From NCBI GenBank assembly GCA_943787795.1, contig CALSNU010000004.1, positions 416,001 to 480,000 on the forward strand: a stretch of DNA of 64,000 nucleotides, given 5' to 3'. A model generated the notes under the pieces. The model was not told the origin of the DNA. It saw only the letters and a program-made list of their open reading frames with translations, and made no database searches. The position numbers and the translations under genes are program-made. Shown here in pieces: positions 9,601-18,185 of the stretch. Source of the stretch: an uncultured bacterium (GTDB lineage: Bacteria > Planctomycetota > UBA1135 > GCA-002686595). Each line of letters begins with the position of its first letter. The first letter of the stretch is position 1.

Positions 9601-10534
9601 CAAGAAGAAGAAAAAGAAGAAGCTCAAGAACACCCTCGACCAGCTTCTCCCCGGTCGGCGCTACGTGAGTGATCTGAAGGCCTCGAGGCACGACCGCAAG
9701 ACGGTCTACGCGACCTTCGACGGGCACCGTTCCAACGACCTGGTCCCCCACGTCTTCGCCTCCAGCGACCTCGGCCGCACCTGGCGCTCGTTGCGCGCCA
9801 ACCTCCCCGACTCCGCTGGCTCGGCCCGCGCCATCCTCGAGGACGCCCGCAACGAGAACGTGCTCTACCTCGGCTGCGAGTTCGGGATCTACGTCTCCGT
9901 CGACAAGGGCGAGTCATGGACCCGCTTCAACAGCAACCTCCCCACCGTCCCGGTGCACGACCTCGCCCAGCACGAGGGCATGAACGAGCTCGTCGCAGGC
10001 ACCCACGGCCGAAGCATCTGGATCCTCGACGTCGGGGCCATCTCACAGATGACCGAGGCGATCATGGAGGCGGACGCCACCCTGCTCAAGCCCACCGATG
10101 TGCACCTGATGGCGCGCGGCAAGCGGCACGGACAGACCGGCAACCACCTGTTCACGGGGACCAACCCCGAGCAGGGCGCCACCATCAGCTACGTGCTGAA
10201 TCGGCGCGCTCGAGACCTGACGATGGAGATTCTCGACAGCGCCGGCAACGTCATCTCGACCCTGGAGGCCGACGGCTCGAAGGGCATGCACTCCGTGCGC
10301 TGGAACCTCCGCCGATCCGGGAATAACTCGGGCCGGAGTCGCCGCGGCAGCCGGCGCTCCACGCCCGGCGTCTACGTCGTCCGGATGACCGCTGGGGGCG
10401 CGGTGCAGACCCAGTCCTTCGAGGTCCACAACGACCCCAAGCAGACCTCGACGGAATGGATCGCCTTCGAGGAGGCCGAGGAGGAGCTCCAGCGCCAGTT
10501 CGACGAGAACAGCGCGGCCTCCGAGCGAGACTGA
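6692..10534 (+). CDS. Exported VPS10/BNR (Asp-box) beta-propeller glycosyl-hydrolase-like protein with internal PDZ domain
   Basis: WRSIGPANMGGRI, repeated S/TxDGGxTW Asp-boxes, HVDHHAMW, GGLQDNG, GTHGRSIW; PDZ-like RVRSITEDSPASSAGMEEGDIILRI. Confidence 0.88.
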   Translation: MILPDVALHIRSLARTHAPLLRSSAMALPASLLVAALAGAAPQEEGAAEVVPGLEAQAPTEEGPEAEEPERELPERRPTKVEGTLPLDWVDTLEWRSIGPANMGGRITDIAVNPADSSEYWISTAASGVLHTTNNGVTYEHQFTQQRTSSVGALAVAPSDPTQVWAGTGENNPRNSVSWGDGVYVSKDSGATWRYAGLGQSFQISTIIVHPEDPNVVYVGALGRLWGPNDERGLYKTTDGGFTWERVFFVDEDTGVIEVKMHPEDPDTIVIASYERRRDMFDTNDPAVKWGDGSGIHRTTDGGATWERLSEGLPTTELGRIGLSWSASQPDNIFAVVETNRITQEPENAAWFGVSFESAELGARVRSITEDSPASSAGMEEGDIILRIADTAILDQTRLRRVLRDYVAGDAAKVEAVRDGELVEMEITFDRKPEEEEERLDVHGRRRDGPFGIGLGGQRSNAQDEQGADGHQYGGIFKSEDRGTTWARINSLNPRPMYYSEIRVDPSDESFIYVAGTRLHKSSDGGVTFTNDGHGGDVHVDHHAMWVDPADGRHIILGNDGGVYVTYDRMANWNHHNRMAIGQFYNVTVGPRMNYMVYGGLQDNGSWGGPSRTNDSGATNDDWFNVGGGDGFRCIVDPGNPDLVYYESQNGGMGRRDFASGEGGYLKPRAGRGDDTQYRFNWNTPFLLSNFNSEIYYSAGNYVFKSVQKGTGQRRISPEITATDRGSAVALTESPLSQDVLYVGTDDGGLWMTEDGGTEWVDLMALNGPSELDPEPAPEPAAGPATGEEEGASGEAESSPTPRASRVSLGALAADGTLQGTWECKAEGSGIESDDDGKFTVTLAVDEAGKVTGTLDSEIGAGPIEGAVWSSESGRLTFSFEGDALTLVFDAKADLEEGTISGTIEAAGGAFSFTWTGTRGAEAEVAAPKAEAAEAEAAEAEAAEGEAALTEVLVTEEEPPAPGVEEPKTAKKKKKKKLKNTLDQLLPGRRYVSDLKASRHDRKTVYATFDGHRSNDLVPHVFASSDLGRTWRSLRANLPDSAGSARAILEDARNENVLYLGCEFGIYVSVDKGESWTRFNSNLPTVPVHDLAQHEGMNELVAGTHGRSIWILDVGAISQMTEAIMEADATLLKPTDVHLMARGKRHGQTGNHLFTGTNPEQGATISYVLNRRARDLTMEILDSAGNVISTLEADGSKGMHSVRWNLRRSGNNSGRSRRGSRRSTPGVYVVRMTAGGAVQTQSFEVHNDPKQTSTEWIAFEEAEEELQRQFDENSAASERD

Positions 10535-10580
10535 GGAGAGGCCGCCCTTGGAGGGGAGGGCTCCCGCTGCGCCCTCCCCC

Positions 10581-10650
10581 ACCGGGCCCGTCCACACCGG
10601 GTCCGTCCATACCAGGCCCGTCCACGCCAGGTCCGTCCACGCCAGGTCCG
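10581..10650. repeat. 15-bp tandem repeat x4.7 (RCCRGGYCCGTCCAY)
   Basis: Units at 10581, 10596, 10611, 10626, 10641 (partial), between convergent genes. Confidence 0.9.
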
Positions 10651-10695
10651 CCCCAAGAGCGGGATCACTCCGCCAAGGTGGGCCCGCCTCGAGCG

Positions 10696-10740
10696 TGGGG
10701 CTCTCGGCTGGGGCTCTCAGCTGGGGCTCTCAGCTGGGGC
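10696..10740. repeat. 13-bp tandem repeat x3.5 (TGGGGCTCTCRGC)
   Basis: Units at 10696, 10709, 10722, 10735 (partial). Confidence 0.9.
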
Positions 10741-10836
10741 CCAACACCAGGGCCGCCTGGCCGCCATGGGCGCGAGGACGGGCCCATGCCCCCGTCGACC
10801 TGCGCTCGCCCGTTTTCGCGGGGGCGCAAGCTGCGC

Positions 10837-11706
10837 TCAGCGGAGCGCGGCGAGGATCGAGCGCGTCGCGTGGCTCTTGTTGAGCGTGTAGAAGTGCAGA
10901 CCGGGCGCGCCGCCCTCGAGCAGGGAGCGGCACTGGGTGATGGCGTACTCGATCCCGGTGGCCATGACGGCGCCCGGGTCCTCCTTCACCGGGCGCAGGC
11001 GCCCCAGCAGCTCCTCCGGCAACGCCGCGCCGCACATCTTGGTGAAGCGCTGCACCTGGGCGACGTTGGTCACCGGCATGATGCCAGGCACGATCGGGAT
11101 CGTGATCCCAGCCCCGCGGGCGCGCTCGACGAAGGCCCAGTAGAGGTCGCAGTCAAAGAAGAGCTGGGTCGTGAGAAACGACGCGCCGAGGTCCTGCTTC
11201 ATCCGGGCGAAGCGCAGGTCGTCCTCGGCCGACGTGGCCTCGGGGTGCGCCTCCGGGTAACAGGCGGCGCCGATGCAGACGTCGTGCTTCTCGTTCAGGA
11301 AGCCGATCAGGTCCGTCGCGTTGGCGAAGCCTCCAGCGGTGGCCTCGAATTGCTCCGCCCCGTCCGGGGCGTCCCCGCGGAGGGCGAGCACATTCCTCAC
11401 CCCCGCGGCCTCGAGCCGGTCCACGACGGCGCCGATCTCCTCCGCGGTCGAGCCCACGCAGGTCAGGTGCGCCAGCCCCGTGAGGCCCAACTCATCCTGG
11501 ATACGCGTGATCACCGCGTGGGTCCGGTCACGGGTCGACCCGCCGGCCCCGTAGGTGACAGAGATGAAGTCCGGCTCCACGCTGGCCTTCAGGTCCGCCG
11601 CCGTCCGCATCAGGTTCGCCTCCCCGGCGTCGGTCTTCGGCGGGAAGAACTCGAAGCTGAACACGGGCGACCCCGATCCGTAAAAGCTGGAGATAGGGTG
11701 GACCAT
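10837..11706 (-). CDS. metF: 5,10-methylenetetrahydrofolate reductase
   Basis: SFEFFPPK, SVTYGAGG, AHLTCV, LALRGD, YPEAHPE, TQLFF, HFYTLN. Confidence 0.96.
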   Translation of the reverse strand: MVHPISSFYGSGSPVFSFEFFPPKTDAGEANLMRTAADLKASVEPDFISVTYGAGGSTRDRTHAVITRIQDELGLTGLAHLTCVGSTAEEIGAVVDRLEAAGVRNVLALRGDAPDGAEQFEATAGGFANATDLIGFLNEKHDVCIGAACYPEAHPEATSAEDDLRFARMKQDLGASFLTTQLFFDCDLYWAFVERARGAGITIPIVPGIMPVTNVAQVQRFTKMCGAALPEELLGRLRPVKEDPGAVMATGIEYAITQCRSLLEGGAPGLHFYTLNKSHATRSILAALR

Positions 11707-11707
11707 G

Positions 11708-12154
11708 TCAGTCAGGCCTCACGCCCGGCTCGAGCAGCTCCTCGAACCGCCGCCGAAACTCGTCCGAGATCGGGATGGGCTCCATGGAGTCGGTATTGGT
11801 GCAGACGGTGATCATTCGGGCTTCGAGGTGGAGCTTGTCGGCAAGGTGGAAGCGGTAGCGCAGGCCGAGCGACGTTCGACCGAGCTTGAAGCAGGTCACG
11901 GAGACCACAGGGCGGTCTCCGAATCGCAGGGGCGTTTTGAAATCTACCTCCGAATGGACCAGGGGGAAGCCAACCCGCTGTTCCTGGAGCAGATGGTAGT
12001 AGCGACGCCCCACGTGCTCCTCCCAGAGTCCCTCGAAGACGTCGTGCACGTAGTCAAAGATGCGCGGGAAGTACGCGATGCCGGCGGGGTCCACGTGCCC
12101 GAAGCGGACCTGAATGACCGTGTTGTAGGCGCTCACCTTGAGATCTCCGGCCAT
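11708..12154 (-). CDS. Acyl-CoA thioesterase (4HBT/YbgC hot-dog family)
   Basis: VRFGHVDPAGIAYFPRIF, FKTPLRFGD, LGRTSL. Confidence 0.88.
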   Translation of the reverse strand: MAGDLKVSAYNTVIQVRFGHVDPAGIAYFPRIFDYVHDVFEGLWEEHVGRRYYHLLQEQRVGFPLVHSEVDFKTPLRFGDRPVVSVTCFKLGRTSLGLRYRFHLADKLHLEARMITVCTNTDSMEPIPISDEFRRRFEELLEPGVRPD

Positions 12155-12897
12155 GCCTCGAGCGCGGTCGTCGCGACGATTTGTCCCAGCTGCTCGAGCA
12201 GGGTCTCGCCCTCTTCAGCGGTGGCAGCGGCAGGGTCACCGCACCAGGCCTCGTCCGCGCCGATGGCGAGGAAGTCGGGGGCCCCGTCGAGCATCTTCTC
12301 CACGAGGCGGACCTCCTTCGGCGCGAGCCGCAGGCGCTCGTCCTCGCGGACGCTCTCGGCGTCCGCCGCGAGGACGATGCTCGACTCGTAGCGGCCGGCG
12401 TGGCAATCGCCGGACTTGAACTCATCGCCGAGCGTGCCGGCCCAGCGCCGCCGGGTGATGTCGGGGAAGAGGAGCTGGGCCTTGTCCTTGGTGACCTCCG
12501 CGTGGTCCTTGCAGACCCCGCGGAGCAACTGGACATGCTGGCGCTCGAGGTGGGAGTTGCACAGGACGACCCGCCGCACGCCGTGCTGCTCGAGACTCTC
12601 CACCACGTCCTCCACCAGGTTCCACAGGGTGGTGGGCCGGATGGTGATCGTGCCGGGGAACCCGAAGGCGAACTGGGCGAGGGTGTAGGCGATGGGCGGC
12701 ATGACCAGCGTGGTCACCCCGGCCTCATCGAGGAACCCTGCCGCCCTGCGGGCCTGAGCCACGGCAATGGTCACGTCCGTGTCCAGGGGCAGGTGCGGGC
12801 CGTGGGCCTCGGTCGCACCCACCGGGAGCAGCGCCACGGGGTCGGCGGCGAACAGCTCCTTCGCCTCGGGCCAGGTCAGCTTCGCGAAATCGTGCAT
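12133..12897 (-). CDS. Creatininase-family amidohydrolase
   Basis: LPVGATEAHGPHLPLDTD, FPGTITI, NSH, HAGRYESS, GDPAAATAEEG. Confidence 0.9.
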   Translation of the reverse strand: MHDFAKLTWPEAKELFAADPVALLPVGATEAHGPHLPLDTDVTIAVAQARRAAGFLDEAGVTTLVMPPIAYTLAQFAFGFPGTITIRPTTLWNLVEDVVESLEQHGVRRVVLCNSHLERQHVQLLRGVCKDHAEVTKDKAQLLFPDITRRRWAGTLGDEFKSGDCHAGRYESSIVLAADAESVREDERLRLAPKEVRLVEKMLDGAPDFLAIGADEAWCGDPAAATAEEGETLLEQLGQIVATTALEAWPEISR

Positions 12898-14469
12898 CTA
12901 CTTGAGGAGCTTGCGGGCGATCTTGCCGCGGTCGTTGCGCGGGAGGGGCTCGGTCCGCCACTCGAAGGAGCGCGGGTACTTGTGCGGGGCCAGCATCTCT
13001 TTCACGTGGGCCTTGAGACCGGACGCGAGATCATCGGATCCTTGGTGTCCCTGGGCGCAAACCACGATGGCGTGCGCCTTGACGAGACCGTCGCCGTCGT
13101 CCCGCCCCACGACGCAGCACTCGTGGACCGAGGCGTGGTCGAGGAGCACGTTCTCGATCTCGAGGGGTGAGACCCAGATGCCGCTCACCTTGAGCAGGTC
13201 ATCCCCGCGACCCACGTACCAGAAGAGGCCCTCTGCGTCGCGGCGGAAGACGTCCGCCGAGGTGCACCAGGCGCCCTGGAAGGTCGCGTTGGACTTGTCC
13301 TTGTCCCCCCAGTAGCAGAGCGCCGTCGAGCCGCCAGCGATCCGGAGCCGGCCAGGCTCTCCGTCCTCGACGGGTCGGCCCTCGGGATCCACCACCTCGG
13401 CGACGTAGCCCGGAACGAGGCGCCCGAGCGACCCAGGCACGACCTCGCCCATGGCGCTGGAGATGTAGATGTGGAACATCTCGGCGGACCCGATCCCGTC
13501 GAGGATCTCCACGCCGGTCCGCTCCTTCCACTGCTCGTACAGGGCCGGCGGGAGCGCCTCCCCCGCAGACAGAGAGACCCGCAAGGAGGAGAGGTCTGCG
13601 CTGCCGCAGCGCTCGCTGCGCAGCACGTTGTTGAACAGCGTCGGGACGCCGGTGAGGAAGGTCGGGCGGTGGGCCGCCACCTGGTCCAGGATCTCGTCGG
13701 CCGTGGCGCGTCCCTCGAAGAGCACCACCGTGGCGCCCACCCGAAAGGGGAACATGAGGTTGGTGCCGGTCGCGTACCCGAAGAAGAGCTTCGGCACGGA
13801 GAGGCACACGTCGTCCTCGCGATAGCCCGCCACCTGGAGGGCATAGGTCTCCGTGGAGTAGGCGAAGTCCCGGCCGGCGTGGACGCAGGCCTTGGGTTCA
13901 CCCGTCGAGCCCGAGGTGAAGAGCCAGCCCGCGATTCCGTCGGGGCCCACGGGTTCAGCGGCGGCCGCGTCACTGGCCGGGTCGGCGCCACGTCGAGCCT
14001 CCTCGTACGGCATGAAGCCGCCCGCGTCCTCCCCCACCACGAAGGCGGCCCGGCAGGCGGGCGCGGACCGCAGCGCCTCGCCGATCTCCGGCAGCACGCT
14101 CTCGTGGGTGAACACGGCCGCCGCGCGGGAGTACTCGAGGTAGTAGGCGTAGTCCTTCGCCTTGAGCAGGGGGTTGACCATGGCGAAGACCGCCCCGACT
14201 CGCAGGGTGGCGAACCACGCCTCGACGAACTCGAAGCCGTCGGGGAGCACGATCAAGACTCGCTCTTCGGGGCGGACACCCGCGCCGCGCAGGGCCGCGG
14301 CCATCCTCAGCACACCGTCATGGATCTCGCCGTAGGTGCGGCCTTGCTCCCCGACCTTGACCGCCACCTTGTCCCGCCGGCCAGCGTCCAGGTTCTGATC
14401 GAGGAAGTACTCGCTCAGGTTGAAGCTCGCGGGGAGCTCCATCGGGAACGTCACGTCGGGCGCAACCAT
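12898..14469 (-). CDS. Benzoate/2-aminobenzoate-CoA ligase family protein
   Basis: Start ATG 14469 overlaps the upstream TGA. FTSGSTGEPK, PKLFFGYATG, SAGEALP, DGIGSAEMFHIY, GRGDDLLKVSGIWVSPLEIE, GKI. Confidence 0.9.
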   Translation of the reverse strand: MVAPDVTFPMELPASFNLSEYFLDQNLDAGRRDKVAVKVGEQGRTYGEIHDGVLRMAAALRGAGVRPEERVLIVLPDGFEFVEAWFATLRVGAVFAMVNPLLKAKDYAYYLEYSRAAAVFTHESVLPEIGEALRSAPACRAAFVVGEDAGGFMPYEEARRGADPASDAAAAEPVGPDGIAGWLFTSGSTGEPKACVHAGRDFAYSTETYALQVAGYREDDVCLSVPKLFFGYATGTNLMFPFRVGATVVLFEGRATADEILDQVAAHRPTFLTGVPTLFNNVLRSERCGSADLSSLRVSLSAGEALPPALYEQWKERTGVEILDGIGSAEMFHIYISSAMGEVVPGSLGRLVPGYVAEVVDPEGRPVEDGEPGRLRIAGGSTALCYWGDKDKSNATFQGAWCTSADVFRRDAEGLFWYVGRGDDLLKVSGIWVSPLEIENVLLDHASVHECCVVGRDDGDGLVKAHAIVVCAQGHQGSDDLASGLKAHVKEMLAPHKYPRSFEWRTEPLPRNDRGKIARKLLK

Positions 14470-15326
14470 CAGTGGAGCGGCGCGGCGAGCGCGCGGCGGA
14501 AGGCCTCTGCGGAGCGGTGCCGATCCTTCGGACTCCCCTTCAAGCCGCCGGCGATGGCGGCCTCCAAGGCGGGGTCCACCTCCACGCCAGGCGCGGCGGT
14601 GGACATCGCCGGCGCGCTGGGCTGCATCTTCGACTGGAAGACCTCGATGAAGCTGCGCCCCTGCCAGGGCATCACGCCGCTGACGAGCTCGTACATCACC
14701 GTCGCGAGGTTGTAGAGGTCGGAGCTCTCGTCCGGCGCGTCCCCACCGAATTGCTCCAGCGGTGCGTAGTACGGGGTGCCGATAAGAGCGGTGCGGGTCC
14801 CCAGGTGCTTGGCGGCCCACAGCCCAGGGGTCACGCCTCCGTCCACCAGGACCGGACCGTGGTCCCCGACGAAGACCGTCGACGGCTTGATATCACCGTG
14901 GATGAGTCCCTTGGCGTGGGCATTCTCAAGGCCCGCCAGCAGCGCCAGCCCGAGGTCCACGACCTCGGTGGGGTCCCAGGAGCCGCGCTCCGCGACCAGG
15001 TCCCGCAGGGCCGTCCCCTCAGGAAACTCGAAGACCGCGATCACGGCGCCATCTCCCAGCACCTGAAGCTCCTGAACCCGCGTGAAGGTCGCGTCGTCCA
15101 ACGCCGACCAGCTCCCCAGGGTCTCGGCGAAGGCCTCCGCCTGGGCCTTGTTCTCGAACAGGGAGGACGGGAAGGCCTGCAGCTCCCGGAGCTCCCCGTT
15201 GGCTTGATCGGTCACCCGAAAGGCAGCGGACATGCCGTTCTCCCGGTGCGGAGCGTCGATCAGGTAGCGGTCCAGGAGGACCTTGCCAGGAGCAAGATCG
15301 AAGAGGCTGAGGTGGGTCTGTGCCAT
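14469..15326 (-). CDS. Hanks-type Ser/Thr kinase fold, probably catalytically degenerate (pseudokinase)
   Basis: HGDIKPS, GTPYYAPLEQ, SDLYNLATVMYELVSGVMPW and PKDR are retained; G-loop, VAIK lysine, catalytic Asn and DFG are altered. Confidence 0.85.
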   Translation of the reverse strand: MAQTHLSLFDLAPGKVLLDRYLIDAPHRENGMSAAFRVTDQANGELRELQAFPSSLFENKAQAEAFAETLGSWSALDDATFTRVQELQVLGDGAVIAVFEFPEGTALRDLVAERGSWDPTEVVDLGLALLAGLENAHAKGLIHGDIKPSTVFVGDHGPVLVDGGVTPGLWAAKHLGTRTALIGTPYYAPLEQFGGDAPDESSDLYNLATVMYELVSGVMPWQGRSFIEVFQSKMQPSAPAMSTAAPGVEVDPALEAAIAGGLKGSPKDRHRSAEAFRRALAAPLH

Positions 15327-15572
15327 GGCGAGTCGCGGACGAGTGCGAGCGAGGGCCCACAGTATGCAAACGCTGAGGGGCCGGTCGGCTCAATACCCGG
15401 CCCCCGGGTCGAGGAACCGCGCCCTCTGGGCGGGCTGGCCGGTCTCGCGTCTTGCGCTGCGACCAGGGGATCGGGGCCTCTCGGGCCCGGCCGATGGGCC
15501 AGCTGTAGCCCGAGCAACGACTCACCGCGCGCAGGCGCCGCTGGGCAGGGGTCAAGGGCCGGGGGTCAAGGG

Positions 15573-16007
15573 TCAGGCGTCCTGAACGTCGGCTGCTGGA
15601 TCGGACGCCTCCCTGGGCGCCGCGCGGGCCCCGTCCTCGCGACGCTGAATCGGAGGCAGCGGACGCTCCTCCTTCGAGACGAAGATCAGCTGATCCTCGC
15701 CAAGCTCCAACTCGGAGAGGACCTCCCCACCGAGGACATGGCCGTCGATGAGCTCGTCCACGTGCCCACCTTGGACGTTGCCATACCAGACCTCCTCAGG
15801 CTGACAGGCAACCACCGGCCCGTGAGCGCACTGTCCGAGGCAGCGCGTCCCCACGGCGCGCACGACCCCCTTCAAGCCGCGGTCGTGGAGCCCCGCACGG
15901 AGTCGGTCGAGGACCTCATCTCCGCCTGCCCGCGCGCAGGAGCCACGGGGGTGCTCTTCACCTCGGTCGTTGAGGCAAACGAACAGCATGCGTTGATACC
16001 CCGGCAT
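15573..16007 (-). CDS. Thioredoxin-like [2Fe-2S] ferredoxin
   Basis: FVCLNDR...GSC...RCLGQCAHGP...WYGNV (4 Cys); start overlaps the acyl-CoA dehydrogenase stop (TGATG). Confidence 0.88.
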   Translation of the reverse strand: MPGYQRMLFVCLNDRGEEHPRGSCARAGGDEVLDRLRAGLHDRGLKGVVRAVGTRCLGQCAHGPVVACQPEEVWYGNVQGGHVDELIDGHVLGGEVLSELELGEDQLIFVSKEERPLPPIQRREDGARAAPREASDPAADVQDA

Positions 16008-17242
16008 CAGCCCCTCGCTCCATGCTCAGGGGACGGGGTGTGCCGCAGGACGTGCTTAGCGAGCACGAGCTTCTGGACCTCGCTCGTTCCCTCGTAGATC
16101 CGCAGGGCGCGGGTGTCCCGATAGAGGCGCTCCACCACCGAGCCCACCCGGACGCCGGCGCCGCCGTGATGCTGGACGGCGCGATCGCAGACCCAGGAGG
16201 CATTCTCGGTGGAGAAGAGCTTGGCCCGAGCCACCTCTGCGGTCGCGTCCTCCCCCGCGTCCACCGCCGCGGCAGCTTCGTCCGTCAGCAGCTCCGCGGC
16301 GCGCAGGCGCGTGTCCATCTCCGCGAGGTCAAAGCGCAGCCCCTGGAAGCTCGACAGCGGCCGGCCGAACTGCTCGCGATGGGAGAGGTGGGCCACGGAC
16401 TCCGCGAGGGCGCGGCGGGCGAAGCCGTTGGCCGCCGCCGCCACGGTGATCCGAAAGCGCGCCAGGTTCGCCAGCGCCAGATCCATCCCCGCTCCGATCT
16501 CTCCCAGGGCGTGAGCCGCCGGGACCCGGACGCCGTCCAGGAACAGCTCCCCGATGGGGTGCGGTGCCATGACCTGAAAGCCGCGGGTGGAGAGCCCCTG
16601 GGCTCCGTGCTCGACGAAGAACATGGTCAGCCCGTCGCGCTCGCCGGGCTCACCGCTCGTGCGCGCGAGCACCGTGTAGAAGTCGGCCACGCCGATGTTG
16701 GTGATGTAGGTCTTGGCGCCGGTCAGGACAAAGTCGTCCCCGTCCCGCTCCGCTCGCGTCGCCACCCCCGACAGGTCCGACCCCGCGCCGGCCTCGGTCA
16801 GGGCGAGGGCCGGGATGTGCTCCCCACGGGCCACCCCAGCCAGGCGCTCGAGCAGGCCCGCGTCGGTCGAGCCCAGCGCGATCGGGAACGAACCCAGGCC
16901 CTGCTCCACGAAGGCGAGGTCCGCCATGGCGTGCCGGTACGCGAGGGCCTGACGGCACACGGCCATCGCCCGCACGGAGACCGTGGACGGCGGAGCGAGC
17001 CCACCGACGTCGGCGCCGCCCGCATGGGACGGGACGACGAGCCGCAAGAGGCCGGCCTCCTGGAGCCTGCGGTGGCCGACGAGGTAGGCCTCAATCTCAC
17101 CGAGCTCCGGTGACGCCGCGGCCAGCTCAGCCTCCACGGCCCTCCCGACCTCGTCAGCCTGGGCCCGGAGCGCCTCCAGCTCGCCGGCCTGCGCCGCCGC
17201 GTCGAGGCCGTGGCCGCCGCTGCTTGGGGATTGTTGGCTCAT
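16007..17242 (-). CDS. Acyl-CoA dehydrogenase
   Basis: ALTEAGAGSD, GAKTYITN, REQFGRPL, QHHGGAG, RIYEGTSEVQ. Confidence 0.93.
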   Translation of the reverse strand: MSQQSPSSGGHGLDAAAQAGELEALRAQADEVGRAVEAELAAASPELGEIEAYLVGHRRLQEAGLLRLVVPSHAGGADVGGLAPPSTVSVRAMAVCRQALAYRHAMADLAFVEQGLGSFPIALGSTDAGLLERLAGVARGEHIPALALTEAGAGSDLSGVATRAERDGDDFVLTGAKTYITNIGVADFYTVLARTSGEPGERDGLTMFFVEHGAQGLSTRGFQVMAPHPIGELFLDGVRVPAAHALGEIGAGMDLALANLARFRITVAAAANGFARRALAESVAHLSHREQFGRPLSSFQGLRFDLAEMDTRLRAAELLTDEAAAAVDAGEDATAEVARAKLFSTENASWVCDRAVQHHGGAGVRVGSVVERLYRDTRALRIYEGTSEVQKLVLAKHVLRHTPSPEHGARG

Positions 17243-17249
17243 GGGAAGG

Positions 17250-17255
17250 AGAATA
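17250..17255 (-). promoter_or_regulatory. -10-like hexamer TATTCT 7 nt before the acyl-CoA dehydrogenase ATG (leaderless promoter candidate)
   Basis: Minus strand reads TATTCT-ccttccc-ATG with no SD. Confidence 0.55.
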
Positions 17256-17339
17256 GGACGCGGCCGGAGCCCGCGGGAGTCGCCGGGCGGGGTTTCGCAG
17301 CCCCGGGAACCTCCTCACCCCGCCAGCGGGCTCCCCCCG

Positions 17340-17387
17340 CCACCAGGTCGTTCCGCCACCAGGTCGTTCCTCCACCAGGTCGCTCCT
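17340..17387. repeat. 16-bp tandem repeat x3 (CCACCAGGTCGYTCCK) between divergent genes
   Basis: Units at 17340, 17356, 17372. Confidence 0.9.
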
Positions 17388-17420
17388 CCCAGCGCCGCGC
17401 TCCCCGAGAGCTCGGCTACC

Positions 17421-18119
17421 ATGCGCCGCACCATGACGGAGCGCCGCCCCCCCACCGAGGCCCTGATCGTCTTCGCCAAGGCCCCGATTCCCGGCCAGGT
17501 CAAGACCCGACTGGGGCGGGCGCTCGGCGATGAACCGGCCGCGCGGCTCGCGGAGGCTTTCCTCCTCGACGTCCTCGAGAACGCGCGCTCCATGCGGGGC
17601 CGGCGCGTGGTCGTGGCCTTCTCTCCCCTGGAGAGCCAGCCCTGGTTCCAGACCCACGGTGGACCCTGCCACCTGTTCCCGCAGCCGCCGACCAGCTTCG
17701 GCGAGCGGGTCCTGGCTGCCCTCGATGAGGCCCGCCGCCAGGGCGCCGAGCGGACGGTCATCGTGGGGATGGACTCTCCGCACCTGGGACCGGAGCGCTG
17801 GGAGGCGGCCTTCGCCGCCCTCGACGACCACGACGCCTGTATCGGCCCCTGTGAGGACGGTGGCTACTACCTCCTCGGTCTCAGCGCGCCGCAGCCGGGG
17901 ATGTTCGAGGACATCCCCTGGGGCGGCCCCAACGTGCTCGAGGCGACTCGCTCCCGCGCCGCAGCCCTGGGGCTGTCCCTCGCGGAGCTCGAGGAGGACT
18001 TCGACGTGGACGAGGTCGAAGACCTCGGGCAGCTCGCCGCACGGCTGGAGCTCCGGCCCGCGATCTGCCCCCGGACCCGCGCCGCCCTCGAGGCCCTCGG
18101 CGCCTCGGGCGTCGAGTGA
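17421..18119 (+). CDS. TIGR04282/DUF2064 family glycosyltransferase-like (CofC-like) protein
   Basis: IVFAKAPIPGQVKTRL, FGERV, GMDSP, IGPCEDGGYYLLG, DIPWG, DVDEVEDL; start 17421 or 17433. Confidence 0.88.
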   Translation: MRRTMTERRPPTEALIVFAKAPIPGQVKTRLGRALGDEPAARLAEAFLLDVLENARSMRGRRVVVAFSPLESQPWFQTHGGPCHLFPQPPTSFGERVLAALDEARRQGAERTVIVGMDSPHLGPERWEAAFAALDDHDACIGPCEDGGYYLLGLSAPQPGMFEDIPWGGPNVLEATRSRAAALGLSLAELEEDFDVDEVEDLGQLAARLELRPAICPRTRAALEALGASGVE

Positions 18120-18185
18120 CGCTGAGTGCCGCCGCCGGGGTGCCGCCGCGTGGGTGCCGCCGCGGTCCGTCCAGACGGCGACCCG

